Shown: positions 31,601 through 43,609 of the stretch, piece by piece
Numbering within the stretch: position 1 is the first letter of the stretch
Layout of the letters: each line of letters starts with the position of its first letter
IMG/VR virus record: IMGVR_UViG_3300021255_002539
Coordinates: 1 to 64,000 of that record
Length of the DNA stretch: 64,000 nucleotides
Origin: a virus
Lineage: Duplodnaviria; Caudoviricetes
Strand: one strand, 5' to 3'
Notes under the pieces: model-generated
What the model was told of the DNA's origin: nothing
Seen by the model: only the letters and a program-made list of their open reading frames with translations
Databases searched by the model: none
Translations under genes and position numbers: made by a program

Positions 31601-34600
31601 CCCAAATACGCCCTCCATCTTGTCCGAGAACTTCTTGTAGACGAATCCATGTTCGATTTGTCCATTGTCGCCAATATCGAAAGTGTGGTTCTTGAACACC
31701 TGCTGGAACTTACCTTGTGCATCCTGGTCTGGACTGGGGTATCCAGAGACGATGTAGTTGTCCAAGGTAGTCTGGTCAGAGAACATGTCCAAATGCAAAC
31801 CAGAGGCGAGTTCAATTGGAGATGGCGAGTTTTTGGAATTCACCAACATCGCATATACAACCTGGTTCAGGGCATATTGGAGATAGTTTGAAATCAAGTC
31901 GTTCCTGAGCTTATCCACTTGGTATATGGTTGAGAATTGGACATTCACCGCGTGTATCTCGTTGAACTTGAATCTGGAGATGGTCATTGCTTCGAAGTCG
32001 ACGACATATCTCTCGTATCTGGACTTGATGCTCCTGCCCCTGGCCACGAAATGCAAATACTTCTTGTTGTTGTATTCGCTTATGACATATTCCCCCTCGA
32101 TGTCGTCGCTGTTGGCCTTTACACTGTAGGCATATACCTGTCCAGAATCGTCAGAGATTGGGGTCATCTTCAACATCCCAGGAAGGTCGAGTTCTGTGCT
32201 GTTCACCCATGTTCCACTTATCACCACACCTGGTTGTATGGTTGATGTGTTGATGTTGCCTACATCCTGCTGATATGTGATGTTCGATTTCCAGTTTTCG
32301 ATTGGCATCCAAACCGCGTTCAGGTAGTTTTTGGGGCCATCAATGTCCTTGAGCAATATTGCAGTTGATGGATTCAGCAACCTCTCGACGATAATTCCAT
32401 CCCTTATCTCGCCCTCAATATACCTGTCAGAAATTGGATTCAACCCAAGCAAATCGCCTTGTTGGACAATATCGCTTCTGAATACTGGTCCAAGATCTGT
32501 CGTCGTGGTATACCCACTTGAATCCTTTGTCTTCAACCTCAAATTGCTGGTGACTACACCATCCACGCCAATGCTGTACAACTCGACATCGCATTCAGAC
32601 TCCAACTTGCCACTGTACAGAACACCATTCCCCAAAGCTTGAATGCAACCCAACAAGTGGGGGTATTTGCCCTTGAATCCATCTATGAACCTGGCAATGT
32701 ACCAATCCCAGGTTTTGTTGGCGTCGAACTATATGTCGAAATTGTCGTACTCGCACCACTCCGTGGCAACCTTGTCCACTACCTCGGACTGGACGCGCCT
32801 TATCACAGACACCGTGTTTCTTGCATCGTTGGAGAACTTGAACCTCAACCCAGAGTCTGTCCATTGAGACTGTCCATCTTGCGTGAAGTATTGAACCTTC
32901 AACTGGTTGTCGTCCACCTTGGCATACTGGATTTCTGTTCCCCCGTCGTCCAACACGCACCACAGACCATCCAATACGAACATGTTGTCCCTGATGTCGC
33001 AGATGTACTTGTCGTCGAATGTGATGTCACTGGATATCCACAGAACCATGCCATTCTGAATCTTGTATGTGGAGCCATTCAATGTGAATTCGTTGTTCTC
33101 GTCTACCTGTACCTGTCCATCAGCATGGAACAGAACATCGTTGAATTGGTTGTAGTATACGCTCGTTACCCTATATGGAATGTCGTCTGAATACACCACA
33201 TAGTACTCCACATCCCCATACACGAACTTGCCATTCTGAATCTGAATTGGCTCATACTGCATCTGATACTCGAATGTGTTGGTTTTCTCGAAGTATTCTA
33301 TGGCATCATCCAATATCTGGTATTCCCCATACCGATCACCCAACCCAGAGGCAGTCTTGTCGACGACACCCCAATTTCCATCAACGAACACCAACTGGTG
33401 CTGTTCACCATCGTGGTTGGTGTAGAACTTGTCTGTTGTGCAATAATAGGCAGCAGACTTGGTCGTGAAGTTCTTGAAGTCGTTGGGGTCGAAGAACATC
33501 GGACGGTAGAACTGCGACCTTATGAAGTTCTTCAATACTGTTGCATCCTCTGCCCATTTGCCAAACAATTCCCCCTTAGCAGAAGTCCAATCAATGCCTA
33601 TGACCCTGTTTGTGTTCAAGTACTTGGACAATGCTGCGAATTCTGCATTGTACCCAACCTGGAACAAGGTCAAGTCGTTCTGGTGATCCTTCAGGTCGTC
33701 ATATGTGGCATAGTCCTTGAAGAATGGGGATGATTTCACCGAAGCGACCATTTCTTGCTTGGCATTGTTCGCAGACATTATCACATTCACATCGTCCCTG
33801 GACAATGTAATCAAATTCTGCTGCAAATAGGCGTCTATTCCAGGATATACACCTTCACTGTAGCCACCGAGCACCAATGCCGTTTGCACATTCTCGGTTA
33901 TGTAGCTACGTATGGCATCTATGGCGTTCGCTATTGAATCCTCGTATCCATTCAAGGCAAGGGAATTCCACTTACCAGCAGAATAGTCGTTTTCCAAATG
34001 CTCAATGAGGTAGTCCCTGAAATACCTCAACAAGGGGAATCCACCAATCAATCCATCCACCAGTTCAGTGATATAGCCAGTCTTGTAGTTGGACTCGTAT
34101 TGCCCAGATCCACCAAAGTCTGTGGCAAGGGCTGCCTTCAGTGCAGATGCCCCACCCTTAATCAACCACTCAACATCACTTGTGGAGGAGGATGAGGAAG
34201 AAGGCTACTGCGAGAAGGCGTATAATGCTTCACAATAACCCTGAAGCGTGTTCGAACTTGGGTTTTCTTCCCGTATGAACTGAACCATGGACTGGAACCT
34301 GTCGTGCACCAGATCCTGGTTCATTCCCTGGAATTGGATGTTGGGGAATGTGTGACTCAATCTATTGTTCTGGCCAAGCCACCAAATGAACCCATTTCCA
34401 TCCTGGTTGACATGGTTGTTGTAGAGGTAGTATTCGCCGAATGCTGGGAGGTTGTGATCCCCCGAATACACCACTTGCCTATATAGCCAATCAACCAACA
34501 ACCTGACCAATTCGGGGTTGGCGAACAAGAGGCTCTTGAATTGAATCAAGTCCATGCTCACCAGGACATCTATGTATGTGTCGTCAACGCCAGCATATAC

Positions 34601-36010
34601 GCCGAAGTTCTGAGTTCCTCCCCGGAAGTCCAATCTTTTGCCAGTACCTCCAATGATGTAGTCCCAGTACTTGACGCCATCACTGTTCTTCAACGATGTC
34701 CAATATCCAGTCAAATCGCTCTCAGTGTATGTCCACAAGTCGTCGTACTCGATGAACTTGCCTCCCCCGCTACTGCCCAATCCGATGTCGGGTCTTGTCA
34801 ACTTGGACTCGTCCTCGAAAAACGACTGGAACTGCTCTACCTCCTTTTTCCCACTGTAGGAATATGTGATGTCGTTGGTGGCGTTCACCTCTATGTCCCA
34901 AAAGCCATAGTCTGTCATGGCAATCGACACACTGTCCAATTCACGCATCTACTCAACCTTGTCGAATGCCTTGTCTACAGCTATTGTCAATCCATCTACC
35001 ACCACTTGGTCTATCTCAGAAAAACCATATTTGGGGTCGAATGAACTCTCGTTGAGGAAGAAGTACCTGTACTTTGGCTTGTCCGAATTGGACTTCTCCA
35101 CCGCAACGAACAGGAATGTCGTCTCGTCTGCTATGGCATGGAAACTGCAGGTCTTGAACTCCATTTCAGATATGAAGTTTGGGGATTCTGCGCCAATGTC
35201 GTACAAGACCAGGCCAGCCAATTTGCCATTCTCCTGGTATGTGCCAAAACCCAACAGACCACTGTACTCGGAGTCTGGCAAGGTGCAGCACAAGATGTAC
35301 TTGCAGTTGCATATGTGCATGCCCTGGAACGCGGAATTGTCGTAGAATGCGTTCTCGACTATGCTGTTCACCTTGAGTTTGCTTGACTTGAACCACTCGT
35401 TTGCCGAGGCAGCAAGTGGGTTTGGATCCCTCTGACCAGCATCGTCTACAGGGTAGAGTGGAACATCCGAGAATGGGTTTCTGACATCAGAACTGTCGTA
35501 GAACCTGTTCATCGAATCCACAATCTCCATGTTGCTGTACACGACATCCCCATCGTCGTCCCTGATGTTCTGAACTCCATACCACACCGAATTCAGATTC
35601 ACAAACTCGTCAATCCCCTCTGGCAAGTCGAGCTTCTCGATGTCCAGGACAAGATCCCTGGTCTTGAATGTGCCATTGTCCCCATCTATGTCCAACAGCA
35701 ATTTGGTGGAGTTTGGCAGAATTGTGTTCTCGTCCAAACCCTCGACAATCTTGAAGTAGGAATCAGCCAGGACAGTGTATTCGTGGTTGTTGATGCAGTC
35801 AACAACATACGCGATGTCAACAATGTAGTTCGACAATATTGCGTTCAATGTACTTGAACTCGATATCTGATAGTCGTGCAGAATCAAGTCGTCCAAAGTG
35901 GGCTTGAACCCGCCATTCTTGCGTCTATTGGAATCCAATATCACTGACTTGAGAATGTTGCTCTCAACCAACGCCCTCTGCCTTATGTCGTTTGAATCGT
36001 ATCTGGTCAT
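25658..36010 (-). CDS. Giant virion protein (tail fibre/adhesin-like), 3450 aa with 7 TAG=Gln
   Basis: Six track ORFs share one frame with only TAG between them; TGA at 25658; C-terminal InlB-B/Listeria-Bacteroides repeat (YVVKF..NGG...LGDLP...VGWFT...VTENTTYYAHW) and a LamG/ConA-like beta domain; late motif at 36052-59. Confidence 0.8.
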
Positions 36011-36051
36011 GTTCGTCTATCCCGATTTCCTTCAGTAAACCTCGTTGTTGG

Positions 36052-36083
36052 TATTTACCATTCTTGGCCCGAAATGGTAAATA
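36052..36083. promoter_or_regulatory. Back-to-back divergent late promoters
   Basis: TATTTACCATT-cttggcccga-AATGGTAAATA inverted pair between divergent genes. Confidence 0.75.
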
Positions 36084-36091
36084 ACGATGTC

Positions 36092-36520
36092 ATGGCAGAA
36101 GAAAAAGCAGAACAACAAAAGACCAGAAGTGGCGGTGGATGCTCAGGTGGTTCAGGTGGAGCTGGAGTTGGGGAATACTCGGCGTCAGATGGTCAGTGCC
36201 ACGAAAACCCAAAGACCCCACTGTTCAAGTTGGAGATTGAGGAGAACAACCTCCCAGAGAACTGGTGGGACAAGCTCCCTGACTTCGATCCAAGAATTTA
36301 CGACGCAATAGCAATGGAACAGGCTGCCGCCTGCGTGACGTACATATTCGACGGCCTCCCAGACATCCACGAACTGGAGAACATGATTGAGTCCAGGAAG
36401 AACCCAAAGACCTGCCCCAGGTTAAAGACCCAAATTCCCAGAACCCAGGTCATAATTCCAAAAGAAGTGAAATGTGAGGTCAAGATTGATTCCTTCATCA
36501 AGAAAGATCAGACCTATTAA
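36092..36520 (+). CDS. Hypothetical late protein
   Basis: MAEEKAEQQ start just after GGTAAATA; Gly-rich N-terminus. Confidence 0.65.
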   Translation: MAEEKAEQQKTRSGGGCSGGSGGAGVGEYSASDGQCHENPKTPLFKLEIEENNLPENWWDKLPDFDPRIYDAIAMEQAAACVTYIFDGLPDIHELENMIESRKNPKTCPRLKTQIPRTQVIIPKEVKCEVKIDSFIKKDQTY

Positions 36521-38181
36521 CCGCATTGGAAGTTCATCTGCGCTTGGTTTGGAACCTTCGTCTGAACATCCTTGAACTCGTCCATCGTCACCTTCTGAAT
36601 CAACCCATCGCGTATCCTCTTCACAGCAAACGACCTGTCGTTGAATGTGACGTGTCTGGGCAAGGCCGAGAAGTCTGGAACCCTGTCTGTGAATATGCTC
36701 TGATGGTCAAACCTCTTGGTTGGGTTCTTCAAGTTGAGCCAATTGAACCAAAGCGACATTATGATTACATTCTTGCGGTGCATGTAGTCAATCTCGTTGC
36801 ACATCTTGAGGAACAACTTCTTGTTGATGGGGGCGAAGATGTGTGGCTCGTAGAAGTAAATGTGCTCTCGGTTCCCAACAAACCTGTCAAGCGTTTGAAC
36901 CAAAAGACTGTCCCATGAATTGTTTCGGCAATCCCGCTTCATTCCATCCATGAATGCCTAAGTCTGCTTGTACTCGAACACATACCTCGGGGCGAAATCC
37001 TCCCAATCGGTCCTCTTCGTCACCATTATGTCGTCAGAACAAAAAAGGAAATTGCTGGACAACTTGGGTATCTTCTCTATAGCAGTCCTTATCTTGTGTA
37101 TGATGTTCGCATCCTTGTTCGACTTCGTGATGTCAGGGGCGTAGATGTGGTGTACCCTCGGGTTCCTTATCAAGGGGTTCTCGCCAACGACATAGATGTT
37201 GTCCACCCAATGGTCGCAGAACTTCAATATTGATGTTATGGATATCTTAATCTCAAGGTTCTTGTACTTGCTCCCCTTGCCCAGAACATACACGACATCG
37301 TGGCGAATTGGCTTCTTGAGGTTGTACTGGAACAACCTCTCTGTGTCGGGGTCTATCTTTGGCCGAGATTCCCATGTCAATTGATCCAATCTGACGAACT
37401 TGGAACGGGATTTCGGAATCTGAACCACCCTCTTTTCAACACCGCCATCAACTGGCTCTTCTCTGAACAACCCAAAGCACTGTCCAATTGACTTGCCACC
37501 AGACAGATTCTTGACTATCCCAGCAACAGCATTGTCGTACCTCGGGCCAATCTCGTACTTGTAGTCGCCATGTGGCATGGTCTCAAGTGGAACGACAGAA
37601 TTGACGCGCTTCCCAACGCAATACTTCGTGCAGGGAACCAACTGGTAGCCATTGAGGTGGCAAAGATAGAGATATGTCCTGTCGTCGTTGCATGTGTCAA
37701 GGACTGGCTTCTGAACGAACTTCTCCCAATTGTCAAGCATCTTCTTCGTGAACAGCGAATAGCAGGACATAACATAGTTGTCCATGTTGATGGTTCTGGA
37801 TTGGTTCGATGTGATTGGATGCTCCCTGTTGTTGTCGTTGAAGTCCTTCATCCTCGCCTCTATGAAGTCCTTTGGGAGAAGGGCGTCGTCGTCAATGTCT
37901 ATGATGATGTCGTCGTCCTCCAAGTATGGCAGAACAGGAAACACCTTCTTCATGGACTTCGTGTTCTCCTCCACCCAATTGAGTATTACCCGATTGGATG
38001 TCATTATCAACTAATACAAGTCCTTCGGCAAATCAGCCTCCCAATTGGGGAATTCCTGATGGGACAATGTGAGGTAGATTCGGTCAGGAAGGACCGAATT
38101 ATCAAGTACAGAATTTATGACCTTGACGCAGTTCGTTATGCGCCTTGGAAACGATGTCATGCAAATGTTTATAGTGGACAT
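36517..38181 (-). CDS. GT-A fold glycosyltransferase + Stealth-like phosphotransferase fusion, 554 aa with 2 TAG=Gln
   Basis: MTSFPRRI...PDRIYL...KKVFP...IDIDDD...CNDD; then DVVYVLG..S.Y.N.EIK.SI.SI.KF...IYVVGE...NFLFCSDD; GGTAAATA at 38201. Confidence 0.7.
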
Positions 38182-38218
38182 ACATATGATCCTTTGGGAG
38201 TATTTACCATTCACTTTC

Positions 38219-38977
38219 TCATTTGTCCTTGCCACGGAACTCGATGTTGAGTTTCTTCAATGGGTCGATGAGCCTGCCAAGGGGCGTGTACCTGAACTTG
38301 CGCTCCATCGCGTTCACGTCCTTCGGGAAGCACTTGCCACCATATCCCAACTTGCCATCTGGACCAGGGACTTGGGTATGGACGTCGTTGATGTATGTGG
38401 ATGCGAGGATTCCGGAGCGAACGCGCTCGTAGTCCATTCCCATCTTCTGGCAGAGGTCGTAGATGCAGTTGAAGTAAGTCACCTTCAACGCGCCAAACAC
38501 GTTGTGGGCGTACTTCACCATCTCAGCTTCCTCTGAGGTCATCTCCACGTACTTCTTGCCCACGAAAATCCTCTTGAGAATCTCGCGATGCTCTGGGGCG
38601 CCAGCGAACACCATAGGCTGCCACTTGAAGTCCTCGATGTATGTGCGCTCGGTCAAGAACTCCGGCATGTGGTAGACAATCCTGCCAGTGAGATCCGACA
38701 ACTTCTTGGATGTCCCGGGGAGAATCGTGGTTCTTATCCATATTGGACGACCCTTTGGCAAGCCATTTATGATGTCAATCAATGGCGTCAAGTCCTGTGT
38801 CCCATTGTCCTCTGTCGGGACATGTATTTGGATGAAATATGCATCGCAGTCAGACACATCGTCGTGGAAGCCCTTGTATGGGTCGGAGATGCGCAGTTCG
38901 CAGTCTGGATTGTTATTTTCCAGCCAGTTCTTCAATGCTCCACCAACGAAGCCACAGCCTATTATTCCTATTTTCAT
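38219..38977 (-). CDS. ugd: UDP-glucose/GDP-mannose 6-dehydrogenase (short phage-type form)
   Basis: IGIIGCGFVG, VPT, PEFLTER, AEMVKY..N.F.ALKVTYFN, GYGGKCFPKD. Confidence 0.92.
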   Translation of the reverse strand: MKIGIIGCGFVGGALKNWLENNNPDCELRISDPYKGFHDDVSDCDAYFIQIHVPTEDNGTQDLTPLIDIINGLPKGRPIWIRTTILPGTSKKLSDLTGRIVYHMPEFLTERTYIEDFKWQPMVFAGAPEHREILKRIFVGKKYVEMTSEEAEMVKYAHNVFGALKVTYFNCIYDLCQKMGMDYERVRSGILASTYINDVHTQVPGPDGKLGYGGKCFPKDVNAMERKFRYTPLGRLIDPLKKLNIEFRGKDK

Positions 38978-39705
38978 AGTAAGTGCTCCTTATTATTTTC
39001 CTTAAATTCTCTTAATCTATTATTATAGTCTTCAATGCTTTTATTCTATCCTCTACTCTCAGAACCATACCAAAAATGAGATATGCACTTCCAAATATCC
39101 ACATCCTTGTATTTCACACCATTTGCTGTAATCCACAAATGAAAATACCATCCAGGGTCAGCGAAATAAGTATTTTCAAACTATTTGTTGATATTTAATG
39201 ATTGGATATTTATGCCAACACTAACATCTGATTTATGGTAGGATATTTCCCTACCATTAAATGAATCCAAGTTAAAATACATAAGCATCGGCTATATTCT
39301 CCCGCCAAACAAACAAGCATCCTTTGTAAGTAATGTCCAAGACTGGTTTACATAATTTCCAACGACTTGAAAATTAGTATCGCATATTTCAGACAAATCA
39401 CATTTTACAATGGTATCGTTTTCAACAATCAATAATTCTTCATACTCCAAATGATTTTTTATAATGTCAAGTATTTTTTGAATTGCCGGAGCATGAGACG
39501 ATATATTATATGATTTCTTGAAGTTCAATATTGTAATGTTGTCATAATTGAATTTACTATCCAGGGTAAAATCTTTGTCAGATGTTGAAACTATCCACAA
39601 GTCAAATTTATCTTGACTGTTGTATTTATACAAGCTTTGAATAAAACACTCGTTGGTTATTCTATCAGCATTAAAGGTTATTGTTGCTATTAGTCGTTTC
39701 TTCAT
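38974..39705 (-). CDS. Putative glycosyltransferase, 243 aa with 3 TAG=Gln
   Basis: Read-through ends at TGA overlapping the ugd ATG (ATGA); H..AI..I, LLIVENDTIV, RI*PML.Y.N, DPG. Confidence 0.6.
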
Positions 39706-39720
39706 AAAATTCACTCTGGT

Positions 39721-40473
39721 TTATACACATACATTCTATGCTTTGCACTTTGTGTCGTCATTGTAGTTCCACGAAAAATCATTGAAGTGCATGAAATACA
39801 TTGATTCATCCATATTGGGAAAACATGTATTCTATATGTCTTGGTGCGTTATGGTTGCATCTCTAAACTTCTTTTTCAATGTCTCAAACTGAGATTTGAC
39901 AACATCATTGTCAAAATGCCTATCATAGATTGAAAATATGAATTTCCTCTTTGACGTCCAGTAGATGTTTGACCACGCCTCCTGGCACTGCAACTTGCAT
40001 AGACTGTCAAATGAAAACATGTTCGTGTCAAAACCAATGGCGCACTTGTCTGACGATTTATTGTCCATGTGCATTATGCCAATCATGTCATTGTCCAGTA
40101 TCTCATCGGAAAACGACTTTATTGGATATGTGTCGCAGTCAATGTAGATTCCACCAACCATTGAAACCAGATACACCTTGAATCTCTCCAGGATTTCCAT
40201 AATGTTCTTTACGGTTTTCCCTTGAACACCCTTGTATATCTTATCGTTAGAATTCACCTTATAATGGTGTATTGCATGCCACAATGCCTTGTCCTATGGG
40301 TTTTCCACATTTTCAAGTTCTTCTCTGGAAAGGGATTCAATCTTATCCTTTGTGTACAGAACCCTGTTTATTTCATAAGAAGGATTCATTTCCCCATATG
40401 CAGTGAGGACATGTTCGTAATAATCAGGAACATTGTCCCCAAGCCATATAAAATGCAGACTTTTGTCAATCAT
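39721..40473 (-). CDS. GT32-like DXD glycosyltransferase, 250 aa with 3 TAG=Gln
   Basis: MIDKSLHFIWLG...NPSYE...GGIYIDCD...H....SW; AAGGAGG SD. Confidence 0.8.
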
Positions 40474-40495
40474 GTGAAACTTACCTCCTTCATTT

Positions 40496-42634
40496 TCATT
40501 TTTCTATTTTTGATTTCAGCATTGCCTTCAAATCATCCAATACTGGGCTGTCTTTGCATTTGGAAATCACCCCAAGAAACAGTTCAAAGGACTTTTCCCT
40601 CTTCTTGTTGTCCGTGGTAGTCATTATGGAGTTTGAATGCACAGTCCTCATATAGCATTGTTCCTGAATCTACATGCACCTTTTGGCGCAGTTGAACACC
40701 ATTGGGGTGAACACAACATCCTCGTGGATTGCATTTTCAACGAAGGAAATGCAGTTCTCTCTCAGCATGTGCCTTTTCATCACAGAACAACAAGCAGATT
40801 CAATATATGACTTGTTCTTCTTCAGTTTGAAGTACAATGTATTGCCATCCAGAACCTTATCAACATATTGATTTATGTCCCCCTTCAATGAATAATACCG
40901 CTCATATCCCTTGGCAGTAGTATCATCCTCCTACTGATTTACCACTTTGAAGGTGAAACGAAGAAAATCCAGGTCGTTCTTCTAGCAAAGAGACATCCAC
41001 TTGTGTACCACAAACTTGTTTGCAAGGTAATCGTCAACATCAAGGAATTGCACATAATCCCCGGTGGCGTTCTTCAAACCAATGTTTCTTGGATTTGAGC
41101 AACATCCGCTGTTTTTGGCAGTCTTGAACACTTTTATGTTGGAATACCTCTCTGAATATTCCTTCAGAATTTTATTCGAGTTGTCCGTGGAGCAGTCGTC
41201 AACGCATATGATTTCAATGTTGTCGTAAATCTAATTGAGCACTGAACCAAGGCATCTGTCAATGTACTTCTCAGCATTATACACAGGTATGATGATTGAT
41301 AGCTTCAAACTTCTATTCGCCTATGTCGAATTGGAATATGTTGCCACCATATCGTGCAATACTCGCACTATGACATGCTTGGGCTAATTGGAGAATTTGT
41401 ATGTGTTCTTTTGTATCTATTCATAAAACCCATTGTAGTCAATAAGTCCCTTCATCAACTCATTTGCGTTCTCTTTCTTGTTCTTGACAAGATGCAAATT
41501 GCATAATACCTTGAACATTGGATTTGAAAAGTCGAGCCAAGCGAGAAGTCCGTTTTCGTCGTCGTAAATGTACTTGTTCATCCACGGATAGAACACAGAA
41601 ACCATAAAGTCCCTTTGACCATATGATCTATTTGCCATATCTCCATGGAAAAAATGGCATACATCAACATAGTTTGCTCCCATTAGGCTCTTGTTGGAAC
41701 TTTTGCTCAATCTTCTCATTACATAGTGAACATATTTGCGTTTACATAGTTTAGGCAACCATATGGCCGTGTTCTCAATGTCAGTAAGTTCAGTCCAAAA
41801 TAGGATATCACCTCCACCAAGTGGAAGGAAATTGAAATAATCTATGTACTAAAGAGTATTTTTCTCTATGCAAAACACACCACCTGGAGCGCATGTGTTC
41901 AATATTCGATCAATACTACAATTGGACAATTGGGACGAAAATGATTTTTTGTGGCGTTTTGTCTCCTTGTCGTTTTCATCCAAATACACTATGTCGTTAA
42001 ACCCCTGTGTGAACAAACACTTGTCCAAGGCATCGTAGACTTGCTTGAACCAGTCCTTATCCTCCAATGGGGAAATGTCGGAGTCCACGAACATCAATTT
42101 CTCGTACCTGGCACGTTTAGCTGCTATATTCCACAAATGCTCCTTTTGGAACAAGTACTTGTGGGAGTCATTGCCATCTATCCTTATATATTGAATCTAC
42201 TTTGGAAAGTCCTCCTTGGAAAATGTGAATACCCCATTGAATCCAAGCTCAATGAACATCATTTCCTTTGGTAGATGCGATTGCTTCATCCAGCAATTCA
42301 CTGCCTTTTTAGTGGCGACTTTCCTCAACTCATTTATGCCAGCATCGTAGAATACAGAAACCATCGTCATGTCCAGATAATCGTGTTGCTTGGGGTCAAA
42401 ATCAACCAAGTCAAACTCTCTGTTCCATGTCATCTTGACTTGTGGCTTGGACATCACAAATTGGATAAAGGATTCGGGCAAATCAATCATTCTATTGGGA
42501 AACAATGCTGTGGGCATCTTAACATACACCAACTCAGGCTTGTTGGTGTTGGTCATCAACTCGTCTATATCCTTTATCAAAGAATCAACATCCTATTTGT
42601 ACTCCAACTGGACAACATTCTTTCTACCATCCAT
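40496..42634 (-). CDS. Two-domain glycosyltransferase (GT-A-like + GT2), 712 aa with 10 TAG=Gln
   Basis: FQKEHLWNI...FVDSD...GGGD; then KLSIIIPVYNAEKYIDRCLGSVLN*IYDNIEIICVDDCSTDNS...RNIGL..ATGDYVQFLDVDD...HED; GGTAAATA at 42663. Confidence 0.85.
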
Positions 42635-42702
42635 TTATGATAAATCTCCTTCATTCAAAGGGTATTTACCATTTCCAATCCAATTGCAATTGCACACCAA
42701 AA

Positions 42703-43593
42703 TTACTTACGGGAACTTATTTCCATCAACATCTTGGAATACTCCACTACACCATAATCATTCAAATGCCTGCAATCGCACATCCATTCTGCCGGTGGAA
42801 CAAACGATTTTATTTCATTGTGTTTCTGAGACAATTCCCTGCAAGTCTTAGTCAAAACACTATCTACAACCAAGAACTTGAAATTTGGTTTTGCCAAGAT
42901 ATCCTTTACAGCATCATATTCCCCATAATGAACATGCTCCAAATCCATGGTAACTATCGTCTTGTCCTCGTTTTGCTACGAGGAAAGTTCTCGCATCATT
43001 GGAAGATGGTGATATGAATGATGACCGCTTACTCCAAGCGTGGCAACATTGACACCGTACTGCCGATACATGTATTGGGAAAGTCCCATATGGTTTACAT
43101 TATTGCAGGTTTGGGCGACACTTGAACCGAGTATGACAATTGATGGTGGCACATAGTCGTACTATATCGGTTGATCAGATTCAATTTCCATCTTCTTGAC
43201 AAGTCCATCTGGAGGAAGACATATTTGAAACTTATCGTACTTGTTTAAGTTCCATATCTTCGCCTAAATCCATGTCTTGTCAGATTGGCAATCAAGAGGG
43301 GAATAACCGTTGAGTTCGCTCAACAAATCCCACCTATTGTCCTGACTGGAATATCCCAGGACGGTGCATTCCACCTTCTGACGCTTGGATATTCGATAGA
43401 AGTCATCTGAAAAATGACAAGTATACCTTAAACTCCATGACTTTGATTTAGTGCGAATGACTATAAACAAACCACATCCATATCTAAGAATCTTGTCTAT
43501 ATGCGTGTTTCCACTATTGCCATCATATCTATAGAAATTGCTTGATTGTTTCAACCTTCCCCAAAGGAATTTCACATCCACATTTGTTTTCAT
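42703..43593 (-). CDS. Hypothetical protein of the glycan island, 296 aa with 3 TAG=Gln
   Basis: Joins 43264-43629 and 42703-42948 in frame; ends at TAA. Confidence 0.6.
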
Positions 43594-43609
43594 ATTTACC
43601 CCCACATAG

